From NCBI GenBank assembly GCA_963833225.1, contig CAWHXD010000014.1, forward strand, positions 43,124 to 107,123: 64,000 bases of DNA. Reading direction: 5' to 3'. This DNA is from an uncultured Chloroflexia bacterium. Lineage in GTDB: Bacteria; Chloroflexota; Limnocylindria; Limnocylindrales; CSP1-4. Position numbers and translations under genes: made by a program. This document shows positions 42,020-51,310 of the stretch, piece after piece (the first letter of the stretch is position 1; each line of letters starts with the position of its first letter). The notes beneath the pieces were generated by a model. It had not been told where the DNA came from and did not search any database. It saw only the letters and a list, made by a program, of their open reading frames with translations.

Positions 42020-43152
42020 GTGAGCCACCCGTGACCGATACCCGCCCGCTGCCCGCGACCGACCCGGAGCCGCCCGAGCCGGCCGGCGTTGCGGCCCCCG
42101 ACCCCCTGGAATCAGAGGTCACCAGCGACCAGGTCTCGCTCGGCCGCCGGCTGCGCCAGCCACGCACGATCCTCTCGATCGTCGTGCCCGTGGTGCTGCT
42201 GGTGCTGGCGTTCCAGCTGGTGCTCAAGGTGGACCCGCAGGAGATCGTCGACGGCATCGCCCAGGCGAACAAGCTGCTGCTCCTTGCCGCGTTCCTCGTG
42301 TTCTACGCGGGATTCCCGCTGCGCGGCCTCCGCTGGTCCCGCATCCTGCGCGGCACCAAGGTTCGGATCGGGGTCAAGGACTCCACCGAGATCCTGTTCC
42401 TGTCGTGGCTGGTGAACTGCCTGGTGCCGGCCAAGCTGGGCGACGTCTACCGCGCGTACCTGCTCAAGATCAACTCGCCGGTGTCGCTGTCGCGGACGTT
42501 TGGCACCGTGTTCATCGAGCGCATCCTCGACCTGTTCGCGATCGCGATCCTCGGCCTCGCCGCCGGGTTCTGGAGCTTCCGCTCCGGCCTGCCGCCCGAG
42601 ATCCAGTTCGTGGCGATCCTGGGGATCGGGACCGTCGTGGTCCTCGCCGCCGGCCTGCTCACGCTGCGCAACTTCGGCCGGCGGATCATCACGGCACTGC
42701 CGCTGCCGCAGCGGGTGATGGGGCTCTACGACAAGTTCGAGGACGGGGTGTTCGGGGCTGTCAGCGGGCGGCAGCTCCCGGTCCTCATCGTGATCACCGG
42801 GCTGATCTGGTGCACCGAGGGCCTGCGCCTGTGGCTGGTCGTCCAGGCGCTGGGGTTCCAGGACGTGAACCTCGGCATCTCGGGCGCGTTCTTCGTGGCC
42901 CTGATCGGGTCCCTGCTCACGGCCGTGCCGCTCAGCCCGGCCGGCCTGGGACTGGTGGAGGCGGGGATGGTGGGCGTGATGATCGCCGCCTACAACATCC
43001 CCGTGACCGAAGCCACGACGATCGCCCTCGTTGACCGCGTGATCAGCGTGTTCTCGATCATCGTGATCGGGTCGATCCTCTACCTGGTCTCCGGCAAGCG
43101 GAAGGGGATGGGGCTCTCCAGGCAGATCGAGGCTCCGTCACCCGCAGGCTGA
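42016..43152 (+). CDS. Lysylphosphatidylglycerol synthase TM-domain (flippase-like) membrane protein
   Basis: RW, NCLVPAKLGDVYR, ERILD, PAGLGLVE motifs; multiple TM segments. Confidence 0.88.
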   Translation: MSEPPVTDTRPLPATDPEPPEPAGVAAPDPLESEVTSDQVSLGRRLRQPRTILSIVVPVVLLVLAFQLVLKVDPQEIVDGIAQANKLLLLAAFLVFYAGFPLRGLRWSRILRGTKVRIGVKDSTEILFLSWLVNCLVPAKLGDVYRAYLLKINSPVSLSRTFGTVFIERILDLFAIAILGLAAGFWSFRSGLPPEIQFVAILGIGTVVVLAAGLLTLRNFGRRIITALPLPQRVMGLYDKFEDGVFGAVSGRQLPVLIVITGLIWCTEGLRLWLVVQALGFQDVNLGISGAFFVALIGSLLTAVPLSPAGLGLVEAGMVGVMIAAYNIPVTEATTIALVDRVISVFSIIVIGSILYLVSGKRKGMGLSRQIEAPSPAG

Positions 43153-43353
43153 TCGGCGCGGCCGATGAGGGTCCCGGACCCTGGGCGCCGATCGGGCTAC
43201 GCCCGGACCCCACACGACCCCACCACACCTCACGACGGTGTTGACGCTCGGGCAACGACTGCGAGTACGAACGGGTGGTTTCTTGGACGCACCATCTCCC
43301 GGACACTGCAGACATCCCTCGCACGAAGCGCGGGGCCCTAGCCCAGAGCGAGC

Positions 43354-43797
43354 ATGACGACCGACAACGGCCGCGCATTCAACGAGTGGCTGCGAGCACA
43401 GCTCAAGGCCAAGAAGATGTCGCAGCGCCAGCTGGCCCAGCAGTCGGGGGTCGACCATTCGACCATCTCCCGGCTCATTCGTGGCGATCGTATGCCATCG
43501 CTCGGAACGGCCACCAAGCTGGCACGGGGACTCCGCGAGATCCGCGATGACGCCGACACGAGCACCGCCCTCGGGGTGGTGTCCGCTGGGACCCAGAACC
43601 CAACCGCGCGCGTCGAGTACGCGCTGCGTGCCGACGAGGCCCTCGCGGAGCCGCAGGTCCGCCAGATCATGGAGTACTACCTGGCTGTCCGGGTGCGCCG
43701 CTTCGCGCGGACGTATGCGAACGTCGGGGTCAACGGACCCACCAACGGCAATGCGGCAGCGGCAGCGGCAACGGCAGCACCATGGCATCCGGCGTGA
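43354..43797 (+). CDS. XRE-family HTH regulator (may extend to 43928 if frameshifted)
   Basis: MSQRQLAQQSGVDHSTISRLIRGDRMPS HTH. Confidence 0.85.
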   Translation: MTTDNGRAFNEWLRAQLKAKKMSQRQLAQQSGVDHSTISRLIRGDRMPSLGTATKLARGLREIRDDADTSTALGVVSAGTQNPTARVEYALRADEALAEPQVRQIMEYYLAVRVRRFARTYANVGVNGPTNGNAAAAAATAAPWHPA

Positions 43798-43978
43798 GCT
43801 CCTATGGGCGATCGGCCGGCATGGTTGCCGGAGTCGGTGCTCCCACCGTCGTTCGCACGGCACCGCCGCAGCGATACGGTGCTCCGCGACCGGCGATGCG
43901 TCCGCCGCGGGCGCCGGGACGCTCCTAACCGCCTTCAGCACAGGCCCGACCGTCCTCCCGGTCCGGGTCTCGGGGACA

Positions 43979-44010
43979 GCGAACGCCGGTCTGCAGGGAC
44001 CGGCGTTCGC
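43979..44010. terminator. Probable terminator hairpin between convergent genes
   Basis: 13-bp perfect stem GCGAACGCCGGTC-tgcagg-GACCGGCGTTCGC. Confidence 0.65.
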
Positions 44011-44043
44011 GTGTGTCTGGGCTGGTCTCGGGCGGCCGCCCCG

Positions 44044-45672
44044 CTACGGCACGCCGGCTGCAAGGATGGAGACGACGCGGCGCGAGCCGGCGTCGATGCG
44101 GTCCACCAGGCCGAGGTCCGTCCGGTCCCGCGCCGCCAGCCACTCCGCCTCGGCAGGCCCGCCGCACGGGGCGCCGATCACCTCGTCGAACAGGGGATCG
44201 CACACCAGGACGACCACGCCCGCGCTGGCTGCCGCGGGTGCGGTGCCGGTTGACGGAGGCGCCGTGTCCGCGGCGGCCGGCAGCACCGGGGCGCCGTGCC
44301 GCTCGAGCGGGAACCGCAGCGCGTTGTCGTTCTTGAACGGTGGGATCCCGTCCAGCGCGAACGGCTCACCGGCCGTGACCGCGAGCACCCGGGCGGCGGT
44401 GGCGTCGGCGAGCGGCCAGCCGCCGTCCGGGGCCTGGGCCGGCGGCCAGGCCGTGACCGCGATCAGCGCCAGGGCAAGCGTTCCCGCCGCCGCAGCCGCC
44501 CGGCCCGGCAGCCCGCCGGGAAGGCCCGTGGCCAACCTCGCCAGCCCGACACCCGCGAGCGCCAGCACGACCGGGTCCAGGAACGCGTGGTAGTGGTCGT
44601 TGGGGAGCTCGGGCACCACGATGGCGAGGCTCGGCGCGAACAGGGCGAGGAGCACGATGGAGACAACGAGGGCGCCGAGCAGCCAGCGGGCGGTGGCGGT
44701 GTCAGGCCCTGCGGCCTCGGGCTCTGCGTCCGCCGCCGGTTCCGTCCGCCGCCCTCCGGCCACGACGGCAAGCGCGATGACCAGCGCCAGGATCAGCACC
44801 GCGGCCAGCGACGCCATCACGCGGTCCGTGACCAGCCCGGAGACCGGCCAGGTCACCGATCGAAGCCCGACCATGACCATGCGGTCGAGGGTGCCCGCGG
44901 CGGCCTCGCGCCCGCCCCCCGTGAGGTACTCGAGGATCCCGCGGGCCTCCGAGAAGCCGCTGCCCAGCTCGTGGACGAGGAGCGGGAGATACCCGGCCGC
45001 GATCACGATGGCCGCGGCCAGCCCGCCCCTGGCCGTGCCCGTGACCGGTTCACCCGCGCGCCGCCGGTGCGCAACGTCGGATCCCCAGGCCCACAGCAGC
45101 GGCAGCACGATGACCACGCCCAGGACATGGCACTGCATCGTGACCATCGCACCGATCCCCGACATGGCCCACCATCGCACCCGTCCCGTGCGGCGTGCCT
45201 GGATCGCGGCGGCGAATGCCAGCGCCGCCGCCGCCGCGATGAGGTTCGGGTTCCAGATGAACGTCGACTCGTCGATCCCCGCCGGCGAGATTGCCGCGAG
45301 GAACCCCGCCAGGGCCCCCGCAAGCGGCCCCCCGACGAGGCGCCCCAGCCACCAGGCGCCCGCGACCGCGGCGATCCCGAACAGCGCGATCTCGCCCGTG
45401 ACCGCGACCGGGTCCGCCGACGACAGGATCGCCGCCGGGGCGAGCAGGTAGTAGTACACCGCCCCGTGGTGGAACGTCCCGATCGACGTTCGCGGTCCCA
45501 GGAGCGGCACCTCTCCGTCGATGGCCAGCGCGCGAAGCACCCGCATGTCCGTGCCCTGGTCGGCATCCCAGCGTCCTCGCTCGGCAAGACCCGGCAGCCG
45601 GGTGAGCGCCGCAAGCACGAGCAACGCGAGCAGGACCCCAAGCTCCAGCCGCCGGAGCCGGGTTGCCGTCAC
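44044..45672 (-). CDS. GT-C fold glycosyltransferase (family 39/ArnT-like)
   Basis: RL...WDADQG, PLLGP, YYYL, IWNPN, many TM segments. Confidence 0.8.
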   Translation of the reverse strand: MTATRLRRLELGVLLALLVLAALTRLPGLAERGRWDADQGTDMRVLRALAIDGEVPLLGPRTSIGTFHHGAVYYYLLAPAAILSSADPVAVTGEIALFGIAAVAGAWWLGRLVGGPLAGALAGFLAAISPAGIDESTFIWNPNLIAAAAALAFAAAIQARRTGRVRWWAMSGIGAMVTMQCHVLGVVIVLPLLWAWGSDVAHRRRAGEPVTGTARGGLAAAIVIAAGYLPLLVHELGSGFSEARGILEYLTGGGREAAAGTLDRMVMVGLRSVTWPVSGLVTDRVMASLAAVLILALVIALAVVAGGRRTEPAADAEPEAAGPDTATARWLLGALVVSIVLLALFAPSLAIVVPELPNDHYHAFLDPVVLALAGVGLARLATGLPGGLPGRAAAAAGTLALALIAVTAWPPAQAPDGGWPLADATAARVLAVTAGEPFALDGIPPFKNDNALRFPLERHGAPVLPAAADTAPPSTGTAPAAASAGVVVLVCDPLFDEVIGAPCGGPAEAEWLAARDRTDLGLVDRIDAGSRRVVSILAAGVP

Positions 45673-46709
45673 GGGCGGGCCCGGGGTGCCGGGCCGCCGG
45701 TGCGCCGTGGCTCGCCCGTGGACTGCGGGTCCGCGTCGGACGCCGTCGCAGGCCCATCGTCCTCGGCGGGTGCGCTCCGGCCCTTCGAGCTCCGGGTGTG
45801 GAACGCCGCCGCCGGGAGCTCGGCCAGCGGTCGGCCGTTTGCGAGGTCCAGCACCCGCGCGACGTTCACCGCGTCGTAGCCGTCGTCCATGCCGGGCGTC
45901 TCGAGGTAGTAGGCCACGTGCTCGAGACCAGGGTGGGTGACGATGCGCGCCATGCCCTCGGCCCCGATCTGTCCGGCGCCCACGTGCTCGTGCCGGTCCT
46001 GACGGCTGCCGATCTCGGACCGGGAGTCGTTGAGGTGGACCATGTGCAACCGGCCGAGGCCGACCAGCTCGTCGAACGCCTCCAGCGTCCCGTCCACGCC
46101 GACAGCCGTGTGCAGCGGGTAGCCGGCCCCCCAGAGGTGCGCCGTGTCCAGGCAGTAGCCGTAGCGCGCCCGATCCACCCCGGCATCCGCGATCGCCTGC
46201 TCGATCCCGCCAAGCTCCTCCATCGACGCACCCAGCCCAAAGCCGCCGCCCGACCCGTTCTCGAGCACCAGCAGGACATCCGGCGCCGCACCGTCGACAA
46301 GGTCCATGACCTCGCGCACGCCGCGGGCCAGGTGCCGGATGCCCGCCGCCGCTCCCTCCCCACGGTGTGACCCCACGTGGACGTTGACGAAGCGCGCCCC
46401 GTACGCCTGGGCCACCCGCAGCTCGTTGGCAAGCACATCCACCGACCGGCGGTGGAAGTCCGGATCGCCACCCGCAAGGTTCACCAGGTACGGCGCGTGG
46501 ATGGCAAGCGGGCGGATCTCCCGCTCCGCGAGCCGATCGCGAAAGGCCGGCAGCTCCCGCGGCAGGGTTTCGCGGCGGCGCCAGGACGTTGGGTTGTCGG
46601 CGAAGACCTGGAGGGCGGACGCGCCGATCTCGGCCGCGCGGTCGGCGGCCCTGACCATCCCGTGCCCCAGGGGCAGGTGGGCCCCCAGCCGGCGCCCGTT
46701 CGGAAGCAT
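45669..46709 (-). CDS. nfo: Endonuclease IV
   Basis: LGAH, HAPYLVNL, HVGS, LEN, CLDTAH, HLNDS, DRHEH, LETP; start chosen from TACCCT-N7-ATG. Confidence 0.93.
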   Translation of the reverse strand: MLPNGRRLGAHLPLGHGMVRAADRAAEIGASALQVFADNPTSWRRRETLPRELPAFRDRLAEREIRPLAIHAPYLVNLAGGDPDFHRRSVDVLANELRVAQAYGARFVNVHVGSHRGEGAAAGIRHLARGVREVMDLVDGAAPDVLLVLENGSGGGFGLGASMEELGGIEQAIADAGVDRARYGYCLDTAHLWGAGYPLHTAVGVDGTLEAFDELVGLGRLHMVHLNDSRSEIGSRQDRHEHVGAGQIGAEGMARIVTHPGLEHVAYYLETPGMDDGYDAVNVARVLDLANGRPLAELPAAAFHTRSSKGRSAPAEDDGPATASDADPQSTGEPRRTGGPAPRARP

Positions 46710-46850
46710 CGCCGCAAGGGTAGCGGAGGGGACCATGGCCACGGCGGCCGCGCGAACCGTCATCGCCCGGCCTTCGCGAGCGCTCACCTGTCTGCCGGCG
46801 AAGGCCAGACCCCGGGCGCGGCCGCCAGACCCCGCGAGTGCGGGGCCGAA

Positions 46851-46907
46851 CCCCGAGCGCGGCCGCCAGGCCCCCGAGCGCGGCCGCCAGGCCCCCGAGC
46901 GCGGTCG
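46851..46907. repeat. 21-bp tandem repeat (about 2.7 copies)
   Basis: CCCCGAGCGCGGCCGCCAGGC x2 plus a partial copy, between hpf and nfo. Confidence 0.85.
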
Positions 46908-46911
46908 CTCG

Positions 46912-47493
46912 CTACCCCTTGCGGCCCTTCGACGTATAGGCCCCGGCCACGACCGGCTCGATCAGCCCGTAGTGGCCGTCCTTCCGCCGGTAGATCACTG
47001 CGAGCCGCTCGTTCTCCGCGTTCACGAACACGTAGAAGTCGTGGTCCAGCTCCTCCATCGCCGCGACCGCGTCCTCCTCGAACATCGGCTCGATGGCGAA
47101 GCGCTTGGTCTTCACGATCCGGTGCTCGGGGGCGTCGTCCGACGTTCCGTCCGCGATCCGGCGCAGGATCGTCTTCTCCTCCTCCGGGCGGGATCGGACC
47201 CGCGGTTTCTCCTTGAAGTCGATCGCCTGGCGTTCCACCTTGTCGACCACGACGTCGAGCGCGGCCTGGTAGGACGAACCCGATGCATGGCTCTTGAGCG
47301 TCTTGCCGTCGATCACCAGCGTGACGTCCGCGAGATGGGCGTCGGCTGCGCTCCGATGCGACTCGTTCGACAGTTCGACGATGGCGTCCGTGCGGTCATC
47401 GAGGAGCCGCTCGAGGCGGGCGAACTTGCGCTCCGCGTATTGCCGGACCCGGTCCGGGACCTCGAGGTTCTTGCCCCTGACGATCGTCCTCAC
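46912..47493 (-). CDS. hpf: Ribosome hibernation promoting factor (long HPF/RaiA)
   Basis: VRGKNLEV, KVERQ, IVKTKRF, MEELDHDFYVF, YRRKDGHYGLI; GGAGG RBS. Confidence 0.95.
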   Translation of the reverse strand: MRTIVRGKNLEVPDRVRQYAERKFARLERLLDDRTDAIVELSNESHRSAADAHLADVTLVIDGKTLKSHASGSSYQAALDVVVDKVERQAIDFKEKPRVRSRPEEEKTILRRIADGTSDDAPEHRIVKTKRFAIEPMFEEDAVAAMEELDHDFYVFVNAENERLAVIYRRKDGHYGLIEPVVAGAYTSKGRKG

Positions 47494-47788
47494 GGCTGAC
47501 CTCCCGGCGCTCGAGCGCCTGGCTGCGGGGGACGGCGGGGCCGGAGATGGGCCTCGCCCGGAGTCCGAGTATAGCCACCGTCCGGCGATGCCCCACAGGG
47601 CCGATCGGGGCCGATCGGGGCCGGTCTGAGGTCCCGAGACGCATCGTCCGAGGCACGCCAGGGGGCGCATCCTCCGCGGCCGCCTCGCCCGACCATCTCT
47701 CGCGCGCGTCCCACACGCGCGGCGCGCTCGCGGCAATCTCCGTGCGGTCACTCGCGACCACGCGGTGACCTCCGGCGACCGTTCGCGG

Positions 47789-48466
47789 CTATCGTTCCCG
47801 GGCGACCGCGATCGCGCTGACTGCCACTGCGCCGGCATCGAGCAGGGCGTGTGCCGACTCGCTCAGCGTGGCACCGGTGGTGACCACGTCGTCCACCAGG
47901 ACCACCCACCGGTTCCGGACTGCCGGCTTGGAGGCCGGTGCCACGCAGAATGCCTCCGCGACGTTCGCGGCCCGGTGGCGGCGATCCAGGCGGTACTGCG
48001 CCGTGGTGGCCCGGGTGCGGACGAGAGCCGGATGCCACGGGAGGCCCAGGTGGCCGGCGGCGGCTGCCGTGATCAGGGCCGCCTGATCGTAGCCGCGCTC
48101 GCGCCGGCGGCGAGCATGGACCGGGACCGGGACCAGGATGTCGCCGCCTGCTCCCGCGCGCCGCCAGCGTTCCGCGACCGCCCCGCCGAGCGGTGCCGCA
48201 AGACGCTGCTCGCCCGCGTACTTGAGCGCGTGGAGAGCCTTGCGTGTGGTTCCCGCGAATGGCGAGCACCATTCCAGCTGAACGAGCGGATCCGGGGGCC
48301 CATCCGCGAGTCCCAGCGGTGTCCCGGGCGGGAGGGTGATCCGGGTCCCAATCCCCGGCCGGCAGTCCCGGCAGATGGCTTCACCCTCAGCGCCGCACCC
48401 GGCACACAGCGGTGGCATCGCCAGGTCGAGGAGGCGCCCGACGGGTCGGAGCAGGGAGTGGGTCAC
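47789..48466 (-). CDS. comF: ComF family protein (double Zn ribbon + PRTase)
   Basis: CAGC...CRDC, LKY, PVPVH, RGYDQA, LVDDVVTTGAT. Confidence 0.93.
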   Translation of the reverse strand: MTHSLLRPVGRLLDLAMPPLCAGCGAEGEAICRDCRPGIGTRITLPPGTPLGLADGPPDPLVQLEWCSPFAGTTRKALHALKYAGEQRLAAPLGGAVAERWRRAGAGGDILVPVPVHARRRRERGYDQAALITAAAAGHLGLPWHPALVRTRATTAQYRLDRRHRAANVAEAFCVAPASKPAVRNRWVVLVDDVVTTGATLSESAHALLDAGAVAVSAIAVARER

Positions 48467-48545
48467 GCTCGGTTGCCTCCGGTCTGGGTGTGGGCCGGTC
48501 CGGACGCCAGCGATCCGGGTGCCATGCCGCCGCCCCGACTTCTCC

Positions 48546-48621
48546 CCCGGGCGCCCGTCCGACGCGATTCCCGCCCCGGGCACCCGTCCGCCGCGACTCC
48601 CGCCCCGGGCACCCGTCCGCA
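48546..48621. repeat. 29-bp tandem repeat (about 2.6 copies)
   Basis: CCCGGGCRCCCGTCCGMCGCGAYTCCCGC repeated at the outer edge of element copy 2. Confidence 0.8.
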
Positions 48622-48633
48622 TCACCTTCGGCT

Positions 48634-49740
48634 CCGGGCGCCCGGCGCCCCTACGGTTCCACGCGGGAGTGGATCGGGCGCCAGCCGCCCGCGGTGTCCC
48701 ACCGATCGGGCGAGTCACGTGACAATCGCCCCATGTGGCGCCCGGATCTCCGCGGCACCGGCTCGTTGGGGCGCCCGGCGCCCATGGCGAGGCTCGGTGC
48801 GGGCTGCCACACGCGCGGCCCCAATCCGCCGCCCACCGGCCCCAGCCCCACCGGCGCAACCCTCCACGAGAGGCGGTCGCTGGCTCACAGCAGGATGATT
48901 CCACTCGCGCCCGGAACACGGCCCCGCCGCAGCTCTCGGGCGATGGCCGCCCCGTCAAGCGGAAACCCTGCGCGAAGCGCCTCACGATGCTCCGCCAGCA
49001 CCCGCCGATTGTGAGCGGTTCGGTTGACGACGAGGATCACCACTCCGGCGCCCGGATCGTCACGCCGCTTCGCCTCGATCCGCCGCTCCACACCCTGCGC
49101 ATCGTCCACCCTGGACTCGCCCTCCACGGACGCGACGTGGGCGCCGTCATCGATTCGGCCGTCCCATGCCCGGAGATCACCCTGGATCGGGATCGGAACC
49201 TCGCGACGAAGGCGCAGCGGCGGCGCGAGCAACGCTTCGAGTCGACCGAGGAGGGCAAGCTGCGCGACGTCGTGGATCGGGGCGCCATCTGGGTAGAGCT
49301 GCATCGCTGGCTTGAGTCCAACCGCGCGCGCGGCGCGGCACAGCTGGTCAAGCGATGGCCGCACGATGGCGTTCCGTTCGATGCGGCCGAGCTGGGTTCC
49401 GGAGAAGCCGGCTCGTCGGCCTGCGACCTCGAGGCTCATGCCTCGTGAAGTGCGAGCCCGCCGGATCTCATTCCCAACGAGCGCGTAGAGGCGCCGCGCG
49501 TCAGCGGCTCCAACGTCTCCGGGTCGTTGTCGAGTTGCCATGGCTCGCATCATGGCGTGGGGCTCTTATGCGGGAGTTATCTGGGGGTGCCGGGCGCCCG
49601 GGGCTCGAACTGGCGCGTGCCGGGTTCATCCGGGCCCGGGGCGCCCTGCCCGTTGCATGCCACCGGCGGCCGCGTGACAGTTGAGGCGCCTCGCGCCCAG
49701 AACGTCGCGGGCTGCAACCGTAGGGGCGCCCGCCGCCCGA
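48634..49740. mobile_element. Putative inverted-repeat-bounded element carrying an HTH + nuclease-like gene (copy 2), with GTAG-REP-like units
   Basis: 48634-48690 matches the reverse complement of 49684-49740 ungapped (39/57), including a perfect 15-mer GGCGCCCCTACGGTT; a second block 48736-48783 matches 49583-49640. Confidence 0.5.
48885..49541 (-). CDS. XRE-family HTH protein with C-terminal PD-(D/E)XK-like domain
   Basis: RRARTSRGMSLEVAGRRAGFSGTQLGRIERN HTH; REVPI...RAWDG...VEGESR...AKRRD...VILVV; likely leaderless start (CATGAT-N7-ATG); alternative start 49553. Confidence 0.78.
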   Translation of the reverse strand: MATRQRPGDVGAADARRLYALVGNEIRRARTSRGMSLEVAGRRAGFSGTQLGRIERNAIVRPSLDQLCRAARAVGLKPAMQLYPDGAPIHDVAQLALLGRLEALLAPPLRLRREVPIPIQGDLRAWDGRIDDGAHVASVEGESRVDDAQGVERRIEAKRRDDPGAGVVILVVNRTAHNRRVLAEHREALRAGFPLDGAAIARELRRGRVPGASGIILL

Positions 49741-49803
49741 GCCCGCCGCCCGAGCCCGCCGCCCGCGCCGCCGCCCGCCGCCGCCCGAGCCCGCCCGCCC
49801 GAG
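49728..49803. repeat. Degenerate 13-bp tandem repeat GCCCGCCGCCCGA
   Basis: About 5-6 units at the other outer edge of element copy 2. Confidence 0.75.
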
Positions 49804-50327
49804 TCAGGCCCGGACCTGGACCTCGATGCGGTCGCCCACCGCGGTGCGCGTGGCATCGATCGTCCCCACTGGCAGCTCGATCACGCCGTCGGCGCCCCGC
49901 ACCAGCCACACGACGCCGATCCACGCCCGCAGGCGCCGGTGCACCGACTTCACCACGCGCACGCCCGCAGCATCGGCCTTGGACAGGAACACGGCGTCGA
50001 TCGGGAAGCGCATGAACATCATGTGGATCCCATTGCCGCCGGGCAGCCACAGGCCGTCACCGGCGGGCAACGAGGGACGGCCCATGAGCCCCATGAGCTT
50101 GCCCCAGAACGAGCTGGCCGTCTCCAGCCGCTCCGCGAGGACGGTGCCCTGGTCCAGGTTGCGGGCAATGCCTCGACCTGGACCGCCAACGCCGGAACCC
50201 GTGCTCGCCCCGGAACCGCCGGAACCCGTGCTCGCGGCGGAACCCCCGGAACCGCCGGAACCCGTGCTCGCGCCGGACCACCCGCCGGAACCCGTGCTCG
50301 CGACCCGGAACCCGCCTCCGCGCTCAC
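49804..50327 (-). CDS. DUF192 family protein (start uncertain; probable frameshift in 5' repeat region)
   Basis: LAERLETASSFWGKLMGLMGR...IHMMFMRFPIDAVF...VIELPVG; typical position after tadC. Confidence 0.75.
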
Positions 50328-50362
50328 GTCGAGCCCACGAGCGAACCCGGGCTCACCAGGAG

Positions 50363-51307
50363 CTAGACCGTCCCGCGGAGCCCGATGATGATCAGGATGA
50401 TCGCCGGGCCCAGGATGACGATGAACAGCGACGGGAAGATGCACCCGACGAGCGGGAACAGCATCTTGATCGGCGCCTTGGCCGCCATCTCCTCGGCGCG
50501 CTGCCGGCGCTCGATGCGCAGCTGCTCGCTCTGGACCTGGAGCACCTTGGAGATGGAGACACCAAGCTGCTCGGCCTGGATGATGGCGCCGATGAAGTTG
50601 GTCAGGGCCGTGACCTCGGTGCGCGGGACGATGTCCCGAAGCGCGTCGCGGCGCGGCTTGCCGACACGGATCTCGGCGAGAGCGCGACGGAACTCGTCGG
50701 TCAGGGGTCCGTTCAGCTTCTCCACGACCTTGCCCAGCGCGCCGTCGAAGCCGAGGCCCGCGCGCACGGAGATGGTCAGCAGGTCCAGCGCATCCGGGAT
50801 CATCAGGATGATGTCGTGCTGGCGCTTCTTGATCCGGCCGCCCAGCCAGAACTCCGGCAGCGCGTAGCCGAGATACAGGCCCACCAGGATCAGCAGCAGG
50901 TTGAGCGGGAATGCCAGCACCGTGACTGGTCCGGGCACGACGAACAGGAGGGTGGCCAGGCCGCCGCCGATGATGGCGCCGACGGCCTTGATGCCCATCC
51001 AGTCCGCGGTACGCAGGTCGCCAGGGTTGCCGGCGAGCGCGAGCCGCTTCTCGGTCGACTCCGTGAAGGACGTGCTGGCCATGCTGGACATGCGCGCGGA
51101 CAGGCGGGAGACGAGCGGGCGCAGCGTGCGGTCGAGCAGCGGAGCCTGGAGCTCCAGCTCCTCGAGGTTCTTGGCCTGCATCGTGCCCAGCTGGTTCAGG
51201 CGGGCCTGGACCGGGTCGACCGAGGGATTGCTGGCAAGGCCGATGAAGATCAGGAGGATCGCGCCGGCGGCGATGGCCGCAACGACGAGGGGAAGTGCGT
51301 CGGTCAT
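50363..51307 (-). CDS. tadC: Tad/T2SF inner-membrane protein TadC
   Basis: PDALDLL...AGLGFD, EQLGVSI, AEEMAAKAPIKMLFPL. Confidence 0.93.
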   Translation of the reverse strand: MTDALPLVVAAIAAGAILLIFIGLASNPSVDPVQARLNQLGTMQAKNLEELELQAPLLDRTLRPLVSRLSARMSSMASTSFTESTEKRLALAGNPGDLRTADWMGIKAVGAIIGGGLATLLFVVPGPVTVLAFPLNLLLILVGLYLGYALPEFWLGGRIKKRQHDIILMIPDALDLLTISVRAGLGFDGALGKVVEKLNGPLTDEFRRALAEIRVGKPRRDALRDIVPRTEVTALTNFIGAIIQAEQLGVSISKVLQVQSEQLRIERRQRAEEMAAKAPIKMLFPLVGCIFPSLFIVILGPAIILIIIGLRGTV

Positions 51308-51310
51308 GCG

